From Candidatus Giovannonibacteria bacterium (GTDB lineage: Bacteria > Patescibacteriota > Minisyncoccia > UBA11713 > 2-01-FULL-45-33): a stretch of 64,000 nucleotides of DNA. Each line of letters starts with the position of its first letter. Position 1 is the first letter of the stretch. Under the pieces are notes generated by a model. The model saw only the letters and a program-made list of their open reading frames with translations. It was not told the DNA's origin and did not search any database. The stretch is taken from the NCBI GenBank assembly GCA_016432405.1, contig CP066687.1, positions 150,281 through 214,280 of the forward strand, written 5' to 3'. Position numbers and translations under genes: made by a program. Below are positions 16,866 to 25,649 of this stretch, one piece after another.

Positions 16866-17462
16866 ATGAAGTATGGCGAATTGACTCTGGGACAGGTGGA
16901 AGCCATCGTCAACAAGATTGGCGGGGTGGACGGCGTCAGGCGCCTACTGGCAGGAGAGCTATCGGTAAGGGCCACAGAGGAGTCAAAACTTCTGGAGCTC
17001 CTTGGTACCGTGACCATCCCCGCAAGAGCCGAAAGGTTTGTCGTGGCCGAGAAATTCGTGGTGGACACGAGCGAGAACGCCAAAGTGAAAATCTCCTATC
17101 TTGGAGAGAACCTCAAGGCCTTGTTTCTCGGCAAAACTGAGAATCCGATGGGTGAGAGCTCACTTTGCTACCACAAGCTTTGCAGGTACTCGCGGGACAT
17201 TCCTATCATCAGCGAGCTCGGCGAGGAGAAAGCCGAGACCACGCTTGCCGAAATCTACGTTCTCTTGGAGCGGCAGAGAAACGGCAAGAAAGGGGTTCTC
17301 CTTACGAATGGAGCCGCGAACATTTTCTATGTTCGCAACATTCATGGAGACCTCTGCGCGGTCCTTGCGCTCTGCCGTGAGGACGGCTGGCTCGTGAACG
17401 CGTACTCCGTTGGGTCTCCGCGCGTGTGGAACGTTGGCATCCTCGTCTTTTCCCGCAACTGA
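16866..17462 (+). CDS. Hypothetical protein (198 aa), compositionally foreign
   Basis: Start ATG 16866 with GGAGGA SD; ~56% GC with G/C-ending codons (AAG, GAG, CTG, ATC) unlike neighbouring genes; no recognisable domain. Confidence 0.55.
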   Translation: MKYGELTLGQVEAIVNKIGGVDGVRRLLAGELSVRATEESKLLELLGTVTIPARAERFVVAEKFVVDTSENAKVKISYLGENLKALFLGKTENPMGESSLCYHKLCRYSRDIPIISELGEEKAETTLAEIYVLLERQRNGKKGVLLTNGAANIFYVRNIHGDLCAVLALCREDGWLVNAYSVGSPRVWNVGILVFSRN

Positions 17463-17490
17463 TACTTTTTATTCCTTTGACCCCTCCGTT

Positions 17491-17850
17491 TTAGAGCCAA
17501 GTGTTTGCAAGCGCTTGGCTCTTTCTTTTTATCTTGATATTATTACGGATGAACTTTGCTGGCATCTCCGGCCAAGGCTTGAGGTGGCAAAATTCCGGTA
17601 GGAATTTTTTATTCCGCAAAGCGCGCGCGAGTGTTGCTTTTCCGATTTTGAATTCTTTATATCCTTTTTGAATTTGTTTTTGTAGAGAAGCATTATTTAG
17701 TTCAAGAAAATCTTCCATATCTTCAAAATCCACGATACCAGCTATTGGTTTGCCTTGTTTTTCCACCACCACAAAATCGCCGCTTCGTAATTTACCAACG
17801 ATGCCGGGCAATTTTTCTTTTGCTTCTTGGATTGAAAGTGTTTTGACCAT
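17491..17850 (-). CDS. Phd/YefM-family type II antitoxin-like protein (orphan; no co-directional toxin gene)
   Basis: N-terminus MVKTLSIQEAKEKLPGIVGKLRSGDFVVVEKQGKPIAGIVDFEDMEDFLEL typical of Phd/YefM. Confidence 0.6.
   Translation of the reverse strand: MVKTLSIQEAKEKLPGIVGKLRSGDFVVVEKQGKPIAGIVDFEDMEDFLELNNASLQKQIQKGYKEFKIGKATLARALRNKKFLPEFCHLKPWPEMPAKFIRNNIKIKRKSQALANTWL
17493..17530. terminator. Bidirectional intrinsic terminator between convergent genes
   Basis: AGAGCCAAG-12 nt-CTTGGCTCT hairpin then TTCTTTTT. Confidence 0.6.
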
Positions 17851-17886
17851 GCTTTTAGTATAGCGTTAAAAACAACACAGTCAAAC

Positions 17887-19020
17887 CTATTTCCTCTGCC
17901 TGCGGATGAAGGCGGGGATGGAGTCCCAGTCGGAGTCCTCTTCGGACGCTTGGGGAATCACTTTTTTTGCTCCGTTTTGGGAGGATGTCTGTTGGGCGAT
18001 TTTAGGCGCGGCCTGCTGGGTTACTTTCATCGGCCCGAAAAGCGTCGCCGATTTGCCGACATGGTCGTCCGGGAAGCCGGAGGCGATGACCGTTATTTTT
18101 ATGTCTCCTTTTTTAAGCCGTTCGTCCTGAATCGCGCCGAAAATCACTTTGGCGTCTTGGTCTATTGAAGAGGTGATAATTTTCGCGGCCTCGTTTATCT
18201 CCCACATTGTAAGGTCCGGCCCGCCGGAGACGGCGAAAAGCACTCCGCGCGCGCCGTTTATGGAAATATCCAAAAGAGGGGAGCTGACCGCCGCCCGGGC
18301 GGCTTCTTCGGCGCGCGCTTCGCCGCGCCCCAAGCCGATGCCCATGAGCGCGCTTCCTGCGTTTTGCATGACGGCGCGGACGTCGGCGAAATCAACGTTG
18401 ATTACTCCCGGGACGGTTATGAGGTCGGAGATGCCTTCAACCGCGTGGCGTAAAACTTCGTCGCACATGGCGAAAGCGGAAAGAAACGGAGTGCTCTTGG
18501 CGACAATAGAAAGCAGTTTGTCGTTTGGAATTACAATCAGCGCGTCCACCGCTTCGCGGAGCTTGATTAGCCCTCCTTCGGCAATGCGAGAGCGCTCCAG
18601 CCCCTCAAAAGCGAAGGGCTTGGTGACGACTCCGATAGCCAGCGCGCCATCTGCTTTGGCGGCTTGGGCGACTATCGGCGCCGCGCCTGTGCCCGTCCCT
18701 CCGCCCATCCCGCAGGTTATAAAAACCATGTCCGCGCCCTTGAGCGCCTCGTGGATTTCGTCTTTTGTTTCTTCAGCGGCCTGCCTGCCAAGCTCCGCGT
18801 TCATTCCTGTGCCAAGCCCTTTGGTTATTTCTTTGCCTATCCTGATTTTTTTATGCGCCAAGCTTTGGTGCAGGTCCTGCGCGTCTGTATTTACGGCAAT
18901 AAATTCCACACCGCGCACTTTGGAGCGTATCATGTGGTTCACGGCGTTTCTGCCGGAGCCGCCAACGCCTACGACTTTAATTCTGGCAAAAGATTCAATA
19001 TCTGGTTTAATATGCGGCAT
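17887..19020 (-). CDS. ftsZ: Cell division protein FtsZ
   Basis: GGGTGTG tubulin signature, 377 aa. Confidence 0.95.
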   Translation of the reverse strand: MPHIKPDIESFARIKVVGVGGSGRNAVNHMIRSKVRGVEFIAVNTDAQDLHQSLAHKKIRIGKEITKGLGTGMNAELGRQAAEETKDEIHEALKGADMVFITCGMGGGTGTGAAPIVAQAAKADGALAIGVVTKPFAFEGLERSRIAEGGLIKLREAVDALIVIPNDKLLSIVAKSTPFLSAFAMCDEVLRHAVEGISDLITVPGVINVDFADVRAVMQNAGSALMGIGLGRGEARAEEAARAAVSSPLLDISINGARGVLFAVSGGPDLTMWEINEAAKIITSSIDQDAKVIFGAIQDERLKKGDIKITVIASGFPDDHVGKSATLFGPMKVTQQAAPKIAQQTSSQNGAKKVIPQASEEDSDWDSIPAFIRRQRK

Positions 19021-19075
19021 GAATTTTTGGTTTAATAAAACAACTCTATCTTAGCGACGGAGCAAAAATGCGCAA

Positions 19076-19116
19076 GGTTGACCCCCACACCAAAACGTGT
19101 TGGTGTGGGGGTTGAC
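19076..19116. repeat. REP/MITE-like palindromic element (CCCCCACACCAA…TTGGTGTGGGGG) flanked by GGTTGAC direct repeats; copy 1
   Basis: 13-bp perfect inverted arms in ftsA-ftsZ intergenic region; second copy at 52862-52890. Confidence 0.6.
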
Positions 19117-19120
19117 GCAA

Positions 19121-20335
19121 CTACGGTAAAAAGGCGCGGAGCCAGTGGAAGAGCGAACCCGAGCGGCCGCGGAAAAATGGCGAGGTGCTGGAATTTTGGT
19201 CCAAAGCCGTAAGCGCGGCGCCGACAGCGACCGACCAGGCCGGATTTTTAACTTTTTCTTTGAACCCCCCCAAATTTTCCGGCTCGGCGACTCTGGCGTG
19301 GAGCTTAAGCCGCTCCCTCGCTAAAATTTCTATGCCCGGCAAGTTCGCGCCTCCGCCCACGAGCGCCACGCCGGAAGCCAAAAGCCCGGCGCGCTCGTAT
19401 TTTTTTAAATGTTTTTCCGCGAGCTCAAAAATATCGTCCAGCCGCGCTTCTATTATTTCAGAAAGCTTTTTTTTGGAGTAAGCTCCGTAAACTAAATCCT
19501 CTCCGCCGCGCGAAGTTTTTTTGGGCGGCGCGCTTTCTTGGCGCAGAGAACCGTAATTTATTTTTAACTTCTCCGCTTCTTCAAGCGTGGTGCGGAATCC
19601 CGTCGCGATGTCGTGGGTAATATTGGCCGACCCGAAAGGAAGAACCTCCAGCGAATAAGGGAGCCCTTCTTCAAATAAAATGATTGAGGTGGTGTTTGAG
19701 CCGATGTCCATTAGCATCACACCGACCTCTTTTTCCCGCTCGCTCAAAACCGCTTTCGCCGCCGCCAAGGGGCTCGCGATGACCTCTTCTATATTCACAT
19801 CCGCCTCATCAAAGGCCTTTATGGCGTTTTTTAGGGCTTGTGAAAAAGCGGTAACGAACAAAACTTCCGCTTCCAGCCGGATTCCCAACAGCCCCACCGG
19901 GTCGCGCGCCACAATTTCGTTATCCACGCGGTAGATGACCGGGAATTTATGCAGGACTTCCTTATTTTGCAACCTGCTTAAATTGGTTTCGCTCGCCTGC
20001 ACTGCTCTGGAGGCGTCTTCTTTGGTAATCTCGCCGTCGGCGCGCGATACCGCGACCAGCCCTTTTGATTTTTGAAAAGCAAGCCCGGCGCCGCCGATGC
20101 CGATGTGCGCGCCGCGGCTTTTTATGCCGGTTGATTTCTCCAGCGCCCTCACGGCTTCTTTAACCGCCCGCCCTGCTTCCTCCGGCTCGGTGATTGTCCC
20201 TTTTCTGATTCCTTTTCCGAGCGCCGCGCCGACGCCGACTACCCGCGCCGCGCTTTCTCCGGGGACGGTCTCAATGGCGACCGCCTTGACCGAATCCGTG
20301 CCCAAATCTATTCCGATTGCTCCCGATTGGCGCAT
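19121..20335 (-). CDS. ftsA: Cell division protein FtsA
   Basis: Actin-like ATPase motifs IGIDLGT…, 404 aa, upstream of ftsZ. Confidence 0.9.
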   Translation of the reverse strand: MRQSGAIGIDLGTDSVKAVAIETVPGESAARVVGVGAALGKGIRKGTITEPEEAGRAVKEAVRALEKSTGIKSRGAHIGIGGAGLAFQKSKGLVAVSRADGEITKEDASRAVQASETNLSRLQNKEVLHKFPVIYRVDNEIVARDPVGLLGIRLEAEVLFVTAFSQALKNAIKAFDEADVNIEEVIASPLAAAKAVLSEREKEVGVMLMDIGSNTTSIILFEEGLPYSLEVLPFGSANITHDIATGFRTTLEEAEKLKINYGSLRQESAPPKKTSRGGEDLVYGAYSKKKLSEIIEARLDDIFELAEKHLKKYERAGLLASGVALVGGGANLPGIEILARERLKLHARVAEPENLGGFKEKVKNPAWSVAVGAALTALDQNSSTSPFFRGRSGSLFHWLRAFLP

Positions 20336-20694
20336 TATTTTAAGTTAAGTATGTTTAATGTTTTTAATTCTTTCCTCCTCATTATTTTGTATCCTTTCTC
20401 TGTCTTGTGGTTAAAACCCAAGAGATGGAGCGCGCCGTGCGTAAAGAGGCGCGGCAGATTACTTTTCTTAAAATTTAAAAAAATTTCCCCCTTGTTTTTC
20501 TCCAGCAAAAACGAAAGCACGTCCGCGGTTTTATTTTTGTTTCTGTAAATCCTGTTTAGCCGCCGCATAAAGGGGGGAGGGGCGAAGACGACGCTTAATT
20601 CAAAATTTCTGCGCGCGGAGAATATTTTATTGTAAAGCCGTTTCAGAATTTTCGTGTCCTTGTGGGGTTTGGTAAGGTTTTTAAACTCAATCAT
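20335..20694 (-). CDS. ybeY: rRNA maturation endoribonuclease YbeY
   Basis: HGALHLLGFNH metal-binding motif. Confidence 0.8.
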   Translation of the reverse strand: MIEFKNLTKPHKDTKILKRLYNKIFSARRNFELSVVFAPPPFMRRLNRIYRNKNKTADVLSFLLEKNKGEIFLNFKKSNLPRLFTHGALHLLGFNHKTEKGYKIMRRKELKTLNILNLK

Positions 20695-21179
20695 GCCGGC
20701 TTATTGAGCTCTCTCTTGAGCGTTTCGGAGATTCTGTCGCCCGAGGCTTTGTTTTTGAGCGTGGGCATAATTATTTTCATAACCTTTCCGAAATCCGTTT
20801 CGGACGCGGCTCCTGCCTCCCGTATGCCCGCAAGGACAACCCGCAAAAGCTCATCATCCGGAAGCTCCGGCGGCAGGTATCCTTGGAGTATCTTAAGCTC
20901 AACTTCCTCTTTTTTTGCCAAATCCTCCCTGCCGCCCTTTTTGTATTCGGCAATGGAATCTTTCCTTTTTTTGGCTTCGGATGAGATTACGCCCAGCACC
21001 TCGTCGTCGGAAAGGCCGATGTCTTTTTTTCTCAACTCAATTTCTTTGCCGGTTATGGCGGCCGCCAGCATGCGCAAAGCGGAAAGGCGCGCCGCATCCC
21101 CGCCCTTTAGAGCGCTCTTTTGGTCCTCCGCGATTTTACTTTTTAAATTTTCCGCCATCTCTTGTTTTATTTTATACAA
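20691..21179 (-). CDS. GatB/YqeY domain protein
   Basis: 162 aa, YqeY-like helical pattern. Confidence 0.75.
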   Translation of the reverse strand: MYKIKQEMAENLKSKIAEDQKSALKGGDAARLSALRMLAAAITGKEIELRKKDIGLSDDEVLGVISSEAKKRKDSIAEYKKGGREDLAKKEEVELKILQGYLPPELPDDELLRVVLAGIREAGAASETDFGKVMKIIMPTLKNKASGDRISETLKRELNKPA

Positions 21180-21180
21180 A

Positions 21181-21396
21181 TTACTGCACTTTGCCCAGCT
21201 TTCTTAAGCGGTGGATTTCTTTTTCCCATTGAATGCGGCGCAGGGCCTCGCGTTTTTTTTGGTAACTTGACTTAGGCGAGGCGTAGTACCTGCCGGCGCG
21301 GGCGCGCGCCAAAAATTTGCTTTGCTGGATTATTTTCGCAAAGCGCCGAAGCATGCTTCCTGCCGATTCATTTTCTCTTTTTCTTACTTCAACCAT
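21181..21396 (-). CDS. rpsU: 30S ribosomal protein S21
   Basis: MVEVRKRENES…LRRFAK… 71 aa basic protein. Confidence 0.85.
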   Translation of the reverse strand: MVEVRKRENESAGSMLRRFAKIIQQSKFLARARAGRYYASPKSSYQKKREALRRIQWEKEIHRLRKLGKVQ

Positions 21397-21400
21397 AATT

Positions 21401-21721
21401 TTATTTCCAGCCGCCTAAAATATGCAGATGCACGTGGTCTATTACCTGCCCGCCTTCGCGGCCGACGTTAAAGACCAGTTTGTAGCCCGCAAGCCCGAGC
21501 TTCTCCGCGCCCTCTTTAGCGATGTGTATTAAGTGTCCTATTAAGACCTCGTTTTCATGTCCCACTTCTTTAATAGAAGGGATATGTTTTTTGGAAACGA
21601 CTAAATAGTGAATTGGCGCCGAAGGGTGAATGTCCCTGATGATAACAGCGTCCGGAGTTTCCTGCAACACCTCCGCCGGGATTTCCTTTTTTACGATTTT
21701 ACAAAATATGCAGTCATTCAT
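21401..21721 (-). CDS. HIT family protein (histidine triad hydrolase)
   Basis: HVHLHILGG histidine triad. Confidence 0.85.
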   Translation of the reverse strand: MNDCIFCKIVKKEIPAEVLQETPDAVIIRDIHPSAPIHYLVVSKKHIPSIKEVGHENEVLIGHLIHIAKEGAEKLGLAGYKLVFNVGREGGQVIDHVHLHILGGWK

Positions 21722-22011
21722 ACTTTGTTTTTCAAGCGTTTATAAATTTTATCGCGGCGGTCAGCGGCTAGGAGCTGGACAACATGGTCAGAGCGGAATT
21801 TAAACCCTACTCGATAATCGCGTATAATCCGAAAAGAAAATAAACCTTGAAGCGGCGGGCTTAAGGGCTTAGTATGAAGCTGCGCATCAAATGGGTCGTT
21901 TTCAATAATCTCTAAAAGTTCTGCAAGCTTATCTTGGCATTCCATTGGTAGTTTGCGAATATCTTTAAGAAAATCTTTATCATAAACAACCTCACTTTTT
22001 TGATCGGACAT
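21718..22011 (-). CDS. RelE/ParE-family type II toxin
   Basis: …FRIIRDYRVGFKFRSDHVVQLLAADRRDKIY; 97 aa; 20-nt overlap with upstream small gene. Confidence 0.65.
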   Translation of the reverse strand: MSDQKSEVVYDKDFLKDIRKLPMECQDKLAELLEIIENDPFDAQLHTKPLSPPLQGLFSFRIIRDYRVGFKFRSDHVVQLLAADRRDKIYKRLKNKV

Positions 22012-22216
22012 GATTTAAGAAAGATACCCCGTCCGTAAACCGATAAAGGGGGGCTTGGTTTTGCGAACGGCCAAGCATTTTTTTTACGAAAGCGTCTTTA
22101 TACTCGCCTTCAAGGTCTTTCAATGGAGCAAAAAGAAATTGCTTCATTTGCCGCAGATCACTTTTTAATTCTTTGATATCTCCATCAAGTTTTTTAACAA
22201 GAGTTAAAGTAGTCAT
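21992..22216 (-). CDS. Putative cognate antitoxin (74 aa)
   Basis: Small ORF overlapping toxin start; AT-rich palindromic sequence upstream. Confidence 0.4.
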   Translation of the reverse strand: MTTLTLVKKLDGDIKELKSDLRQMKQFLFAPLKDLEGEYKDAFVKKMLGRSQNQAPLYRFTDGVSFLNHVRSKK

Positions 22217-22313
22217 ATTGCATATAGTCTAGCAAATATTAATTATTAATGCAAATGGAGTGTCCACATCTATTTAAAAGCGGGATTATTGAGCGAGTGA
22301 ATATCCACGCGCT

Positions 22314-23690
22314 TTATTTTTTCTTGAGTTTAGCTTTTATTTTTTCAATCAATTTGGTCTGCAGTACCGATTCTTGGATGCCTTCCTCCATGTCGCGGAT
22401 GAGGATTGAGCCGTCCATGGCTTCTTTTTGGCCCAAAATCAAAGCGAGTTTGGCGCCGATTTTGGAGGCGATGTTGAGCTGGGTTTTTAAATTGTCGCGC
22501 GAAATGGATTCTCCCGCTTTGATTCCCGCCGCGCGGAGCTCTTCCATAAGATTGAAGCTCCGCTTCTTGGCCGCGGGGCCGATGTGTATCAAAAAAACTT
22601 TCGCTTCCTGGTGTGGCGCCGGGGCGATTTCCAGCCGCTTCATTTCGTGGATAATCCTTTCCATGCCCAAACTCATTCCGACTGCGGGCAGGGGTCTTTC
22701 TCCCAAAATTGATGCGAGGTCGTCGTATCTTCCGCCTCCGACCAGAGCCGTAGCGGCCGCTCCGGCCGCCGCTTCCGGGCCATCTTGTTTTTTCCCTTCT
22801 TCCAGAAAAATTTCAAACACCGTCCGCCCATAATAATCAAACCCTCTGACCAGAAAGTTGTCCAAAAGGTAGGGGATTTGCCCTTCGTCCAGAAATTCCA
22901 AAACGGATTTGAAATGCGTTTTGCACGTTTCGCAAAGGCGCTCAATCATCTGCGGGGCCTGGGCTTTTAGCTCCGCGCATTCTTTTTCTTTGCAGTCCAA
23001 AATGCGCAGCGGATTGTCTTTGAGCCGGCGCTTGCAGTCCTTGCAAAGATAGTTGAATTTTTTTCGGTAGTAATTTGTAAGCTCTTTTTTGTAAGCAGGG
23101 CGGCAGTTTTTATCCCCTATGCTGTTTATGTGAACTAAAAGGTCATTTTTCCAGCCAGAAGCTGGTCCCTGCCCGTCCGGCAGGCGGGCGTCTTTGGCGG
23201 AAAATCCGATTTCGCGGAGAATAAGATAGGCGATTTTAATGGTAAGCGCGTCCAAAACGGCGTCGTCGCTGCCCAGAATTTCCGCGCCGAACTGGCGGAA
23301 TTCGCGGAATCGCCCGCGCTGCGGCTTTTCGTGCCTGAAAAAAGCGCCTTCATAATAAAGCTTCACGGGCTGCGGCCAAGAGCCCATTCCGTTTTCAAAA
23401 TACGCGCGCACGATTCCAGCCGTTCCCTCCGGCCGGAGCGCCAAAAAATCGCCGCCTTTGGTGCGAAACGTATACATTTCTTTCTCCACGACGTCGCTGG
23501 TTTCCCCCAACGGCCTCAAAAAAAGCCCGGCTTGCTCCAGGTGAGGGGTCTTAATCGGCAAAAATCCGTAAAACTCGGCGATCTCGCGGGCCCTTTCCAG
23601 AATCATCTCCATGTATCTGATGTCTCCGTGAAGGATGTCGTGCATTCCTTTCGGCGAGCGGATGATTTCTCTTTTTGATTTTTTCGGCAT
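22314..23690 (-). CDS. hisS: Histidine--tRNA ligase (with Cys-rich insertion)
   Basis: Class II aaRS motifs; 458 aa; CKDC…CKEKEC…CETC insertion. Confidence 0.9.
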   Translation of the reverse strand: MPKKSKREIIRSPKGMHDILHGDIRYMEMILERAREIAEFYGFLPIKTPHLEQAGLFLRPLGETSDVVEKEMYTFRTKGGDFLALRPEGTAGIVRAYFENGMGSWPQPVKLYYEGAFFRHEKPQRGRFREFRQFGAEILGSDDAVLDALTIKIAYLILREIGFSAKDARLPDGQGPASGWKNDLLVHINSIGDKNCRPAYKKELTNYYRKKFNYLCKDCKRRLKDNPLRILDCKEKECAELKAQAPQMIERLCETCKTHFKSVLEFLDEGQIPYLLDNFLVRGFDYYGRTVFEIFLEEGKKQDGPEAAAGAAATALVGGGRYDDLASILGERPLPAVGMSLGMERIIHEMKRLEIAPAPHQEAKVFLIHIGPAAKKRSFNLMEELRAAGIKAGESISRDNLKTQLNIASKIGAKLALILGQKEAMDGSILIRDMEEGIQESVLQTKLIEKIKAKLKKK

Positions 23691-23691
23691 A

Positions 23692-24288
23692 TTAATTTTG
23701 GTCGGTTACAAATCCGGCCTTGGCTATCGGCCAAAGGCGCAAAAGCGCGCGCCCCATTATTTTATTTTTCGGCAGTGCGCCCCACAATCTGGAATCGGAG
23801 CTGTGGGGACGATTGTCGCCCAAGACGAAATATTCGCCTTCATCAAGTATTATTTTAATGTCAGGAGCGGTTTTAAGCGAATTCTCAAGATACGGCTCTT
23901 CAAAGGCGGCGCCGTTTACGGATATTTTTCCATTTTCTATTTCAACCGTTTCTTTCGGCAGGCCGACGATTCTTTTTATGAAAAATTCCGAAGGGTTCAA
24001 AGGATACCTGAACACTACAACCTCTCCGCGCTCGGGCGGGCGGAATTCGTACGTAAGCTCGTCTATTATCAGATATTCGCCGTTGTGAAAATTCGGCTCC
24101 ATGGAAGCCCCGGAAACTATGAACGGCTGGGCGATGTAGGTGCGCACCGGCAAAACTATGGCCAGGGAGACGACAATCACTTTTATAAATTCCCAAATTG
24201 CATTTTCTTTTCGTTCTTCCATAATATTCACATATGATACGCTTAATTTTGGGCTTAGGCAACCCGGGCGCGGAATACGAAAATACAA
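23692..24288 (-). CDS. lepB: Signal peptidase I
   Basis: SGASMEPN (Ser box) and GDNRPHSSDSR boxes; true start may be internal Met. Confidence 0.85.
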   Translation of the reverse strand: MYFRIPRPGCLSPKLSVSYVNIMEERKENAIWEFIKVIVVSLAIVLPVRTYIAQPFIVSGASMEPNFHNGEYLIIDELTYEFRPPERGEVVVFRYPLNPSEFFIKRIVGLPKETVEIENGKISVNGAAFEEPYLENSLKTAPDIKIILDEGEYFVLGDNRPHSSDSRLWGALPKNKIMGRALLRLWPIAKAGFVTDQN

Positions 24289-24791
24289 GGCATAACGCCG
24301 GCAGAATTGCCGCCCGGCATTTCGCCGAAAAACAGGATTATCCCGAATTTACGTACGATAAAAAATCTAACTCCCTTGTTTCCAAAAAAGGGCGGACAGC
24401 GGTTGCTTTGCCGGAGACATTTATGAATAAATCGGGAAGCGCGGCGGTGAAATTAATCCGGCCAAAAAAGGAGCTAAAAGAACTGGTTGTGATTCACGAC
24501 GACTTGGATTTGCCGCTGGGGCGGTTTAAAATTTCTTACGGCAAAAGTTCCGGCGGGCACAAGGGGGTGGAATCAATCATGCGCGCGCTTAAAACGAAAA
24601 ACTTCGTCCGTATCCGCATTGGCATTTCGCCAAAAAGAAAGCCGGCGCAAAAGGAAGTGATGAAATTCATAGTCGGAAAGTTCAAACCGGCGGAGTCGGA
24701 AATTTTTAAGAAAATAAACAAGCGCGTATCGGACGCGCTCGAGGTTATGGTGAACGGCTCGTTAGAAAGCGCTATGAGCCAATTTAACTAG
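24234..24791 (+). CDS. pth: Peptidyl-tRNA hydrolase
   Basis: LGLGNPGAEYENTRHNAG N-terminal signature. Confidence 0.9.
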   Translation: MIRLILGLGNPGAEYENTRHNAGRIAARHFAEKQDYPEFTYDKKSNSLVSKKGRTAVALPETFMNKSGSAAVKLIRPKKELKELVVIHDDLDLPLGRFKISYGKSSGGHKGVESIMRALKTKNFVRIRIGISPKRKPAQKEVMKFIVGKFKPAESEIFKKINKRVSDALEVMVNGSLESAMSQFN

Positions 24792-25030
24792 TTAACTGCG
24801 AACTCTATTTTGGCGGAATCATGCTGGCTTACTATCAGGATGAAAGTTTTCCTCGCCAGGTTTCTCCCGCGGATTTCCGTGTGATTTCTGTTGTGCTTAA
24901 CGGTCGGCCTCTTTGCCGAAATAAAAAATTCTCTCTGCCCGTTCTTCCTTAATAAGACGGTTTTATACATATTCCGCTCCTTTCCGTTATCGTCTACGAA
25001 ATTCATAGCAATATATTGCAAATTAGTCAA
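24788..25030 (-). CDS. Hypothetical small protein divergent from PaaX-like regulator
   Basis: 80-aa ORF only; no recognisable domain. Confidence 0.3.
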   Translation of the reverse strand: MTNLQYIAMNFVDDNGKERNMYKTVLLRKNGQREFFISAKRPTVKHNRNHTEIRGRNLARKTFILIVSQHDSAKIEFAVN

Positions 25031-25051
25031 TTTCCGGCTATTATTTCTAAT

Positions 25052-25085
25052 TTAACAAACTTGACCGATCGGCATAGTTTGTTAA
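25052..25085. promoter_or_regulatory. 34-nt inverted-repeat element TTAACAAAC-TTGACCGATCGG-N4-GTTTGTTAA (copy 1), overlapping a TTGACC-N17-AATAAT promoter
   Basis: In divergent intergenic region 11 nt upstream of PaaX-like gene; near-identical copies at 25650 and 60398. Confidence 0.55.
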
Positions 25086-25095
25086 TAATACTATT

Positions 25096-25647
25096 ATGGC
25101 ATTTAAAAAAACGAGCGCAAATAAAAAACCCACTTTAACTTTCCTGATTTTAAAAACAATTTTTGATTTGGGTGCCATTACTGTAAACTCATTTTTCCCT
25201 GCAAAATACCCGCAAGCACGAATCTGGAGACAGCTTTTAGGCTTGGATAAATCTTACAAATTTTCCCGTCAATCATTCGCGGTCATTTTAAGCAGGCTTC
25301 AGAAACAAAAATTGATAGCGTGCCAAAATGGCAAGTGGAGCATTACCAGCTTAGGCAAGAAAATAATTGGAGAATCAAAATTTAGACAGAATTCCGAATT
25401 GCCTCCGGAAGATGGCAAGGCGCGGTTATTCATTTTTGATATTCCGGAACGAGAGCGCAAAAAGCGTTTATGGCTTCGCCTTGAGCTTATTTCTTGCGGT
25501 TACAAGCTTTTGCAAAAAAGCGTTTGGGTTGGCTACCGGCCGTTGCCGGAATATTTTTTGAGGGACTTGGAGGATTTTAATCTAAGATCTCATATTCATA
25601 TTTTCAGCATTCATCACAGCGGCACTCTCCAAAAGGAGAATTCTTAA
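25096..25647 (+). CDS. PaaX-like winged-helix transcriptional regulator (short form)
   Basis: N-terminal wHTH; central segment DGKARLFIFDIPERERKKRLWLRLELISCGYKLLQKSVWVG matches PaaX/Cas2-like fold segment. Confidence 0.5.
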   Translation: MAFKKTSANKKPTLTFLILKTIFDLGAITVNSFFPAKYPQARIWRQLLGLDKSYKFSRQSFAVILSRLQKQKLIACQNGKWSITSLGKKIIGESKFRQNSELPPEDGKARLFIFDIPERERKKRLWLRLELISCGYKLLQKSVWVGYRPLPEYFLRDLEDFNLRSHIHIFSIHHSGTLQKENS

Positions 25648-25649
25648 AC

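Noticed and set aside
18149-19054. 301-aa plus-strand ORF
   Set aside because: Antisense of ftsZ; low-complexity Ser/Ala/Pro-rich; spurious
22249-22833. 194-aa plus-strand ORF and other antisense ORFs within hisS, lepB (23635-24237), mfd (26457-27065), gyrB (40910-41581, 41674-42306), GT genes
   Set aside because: All lie antisense to genes with clear family assignments and have low-complexity translations
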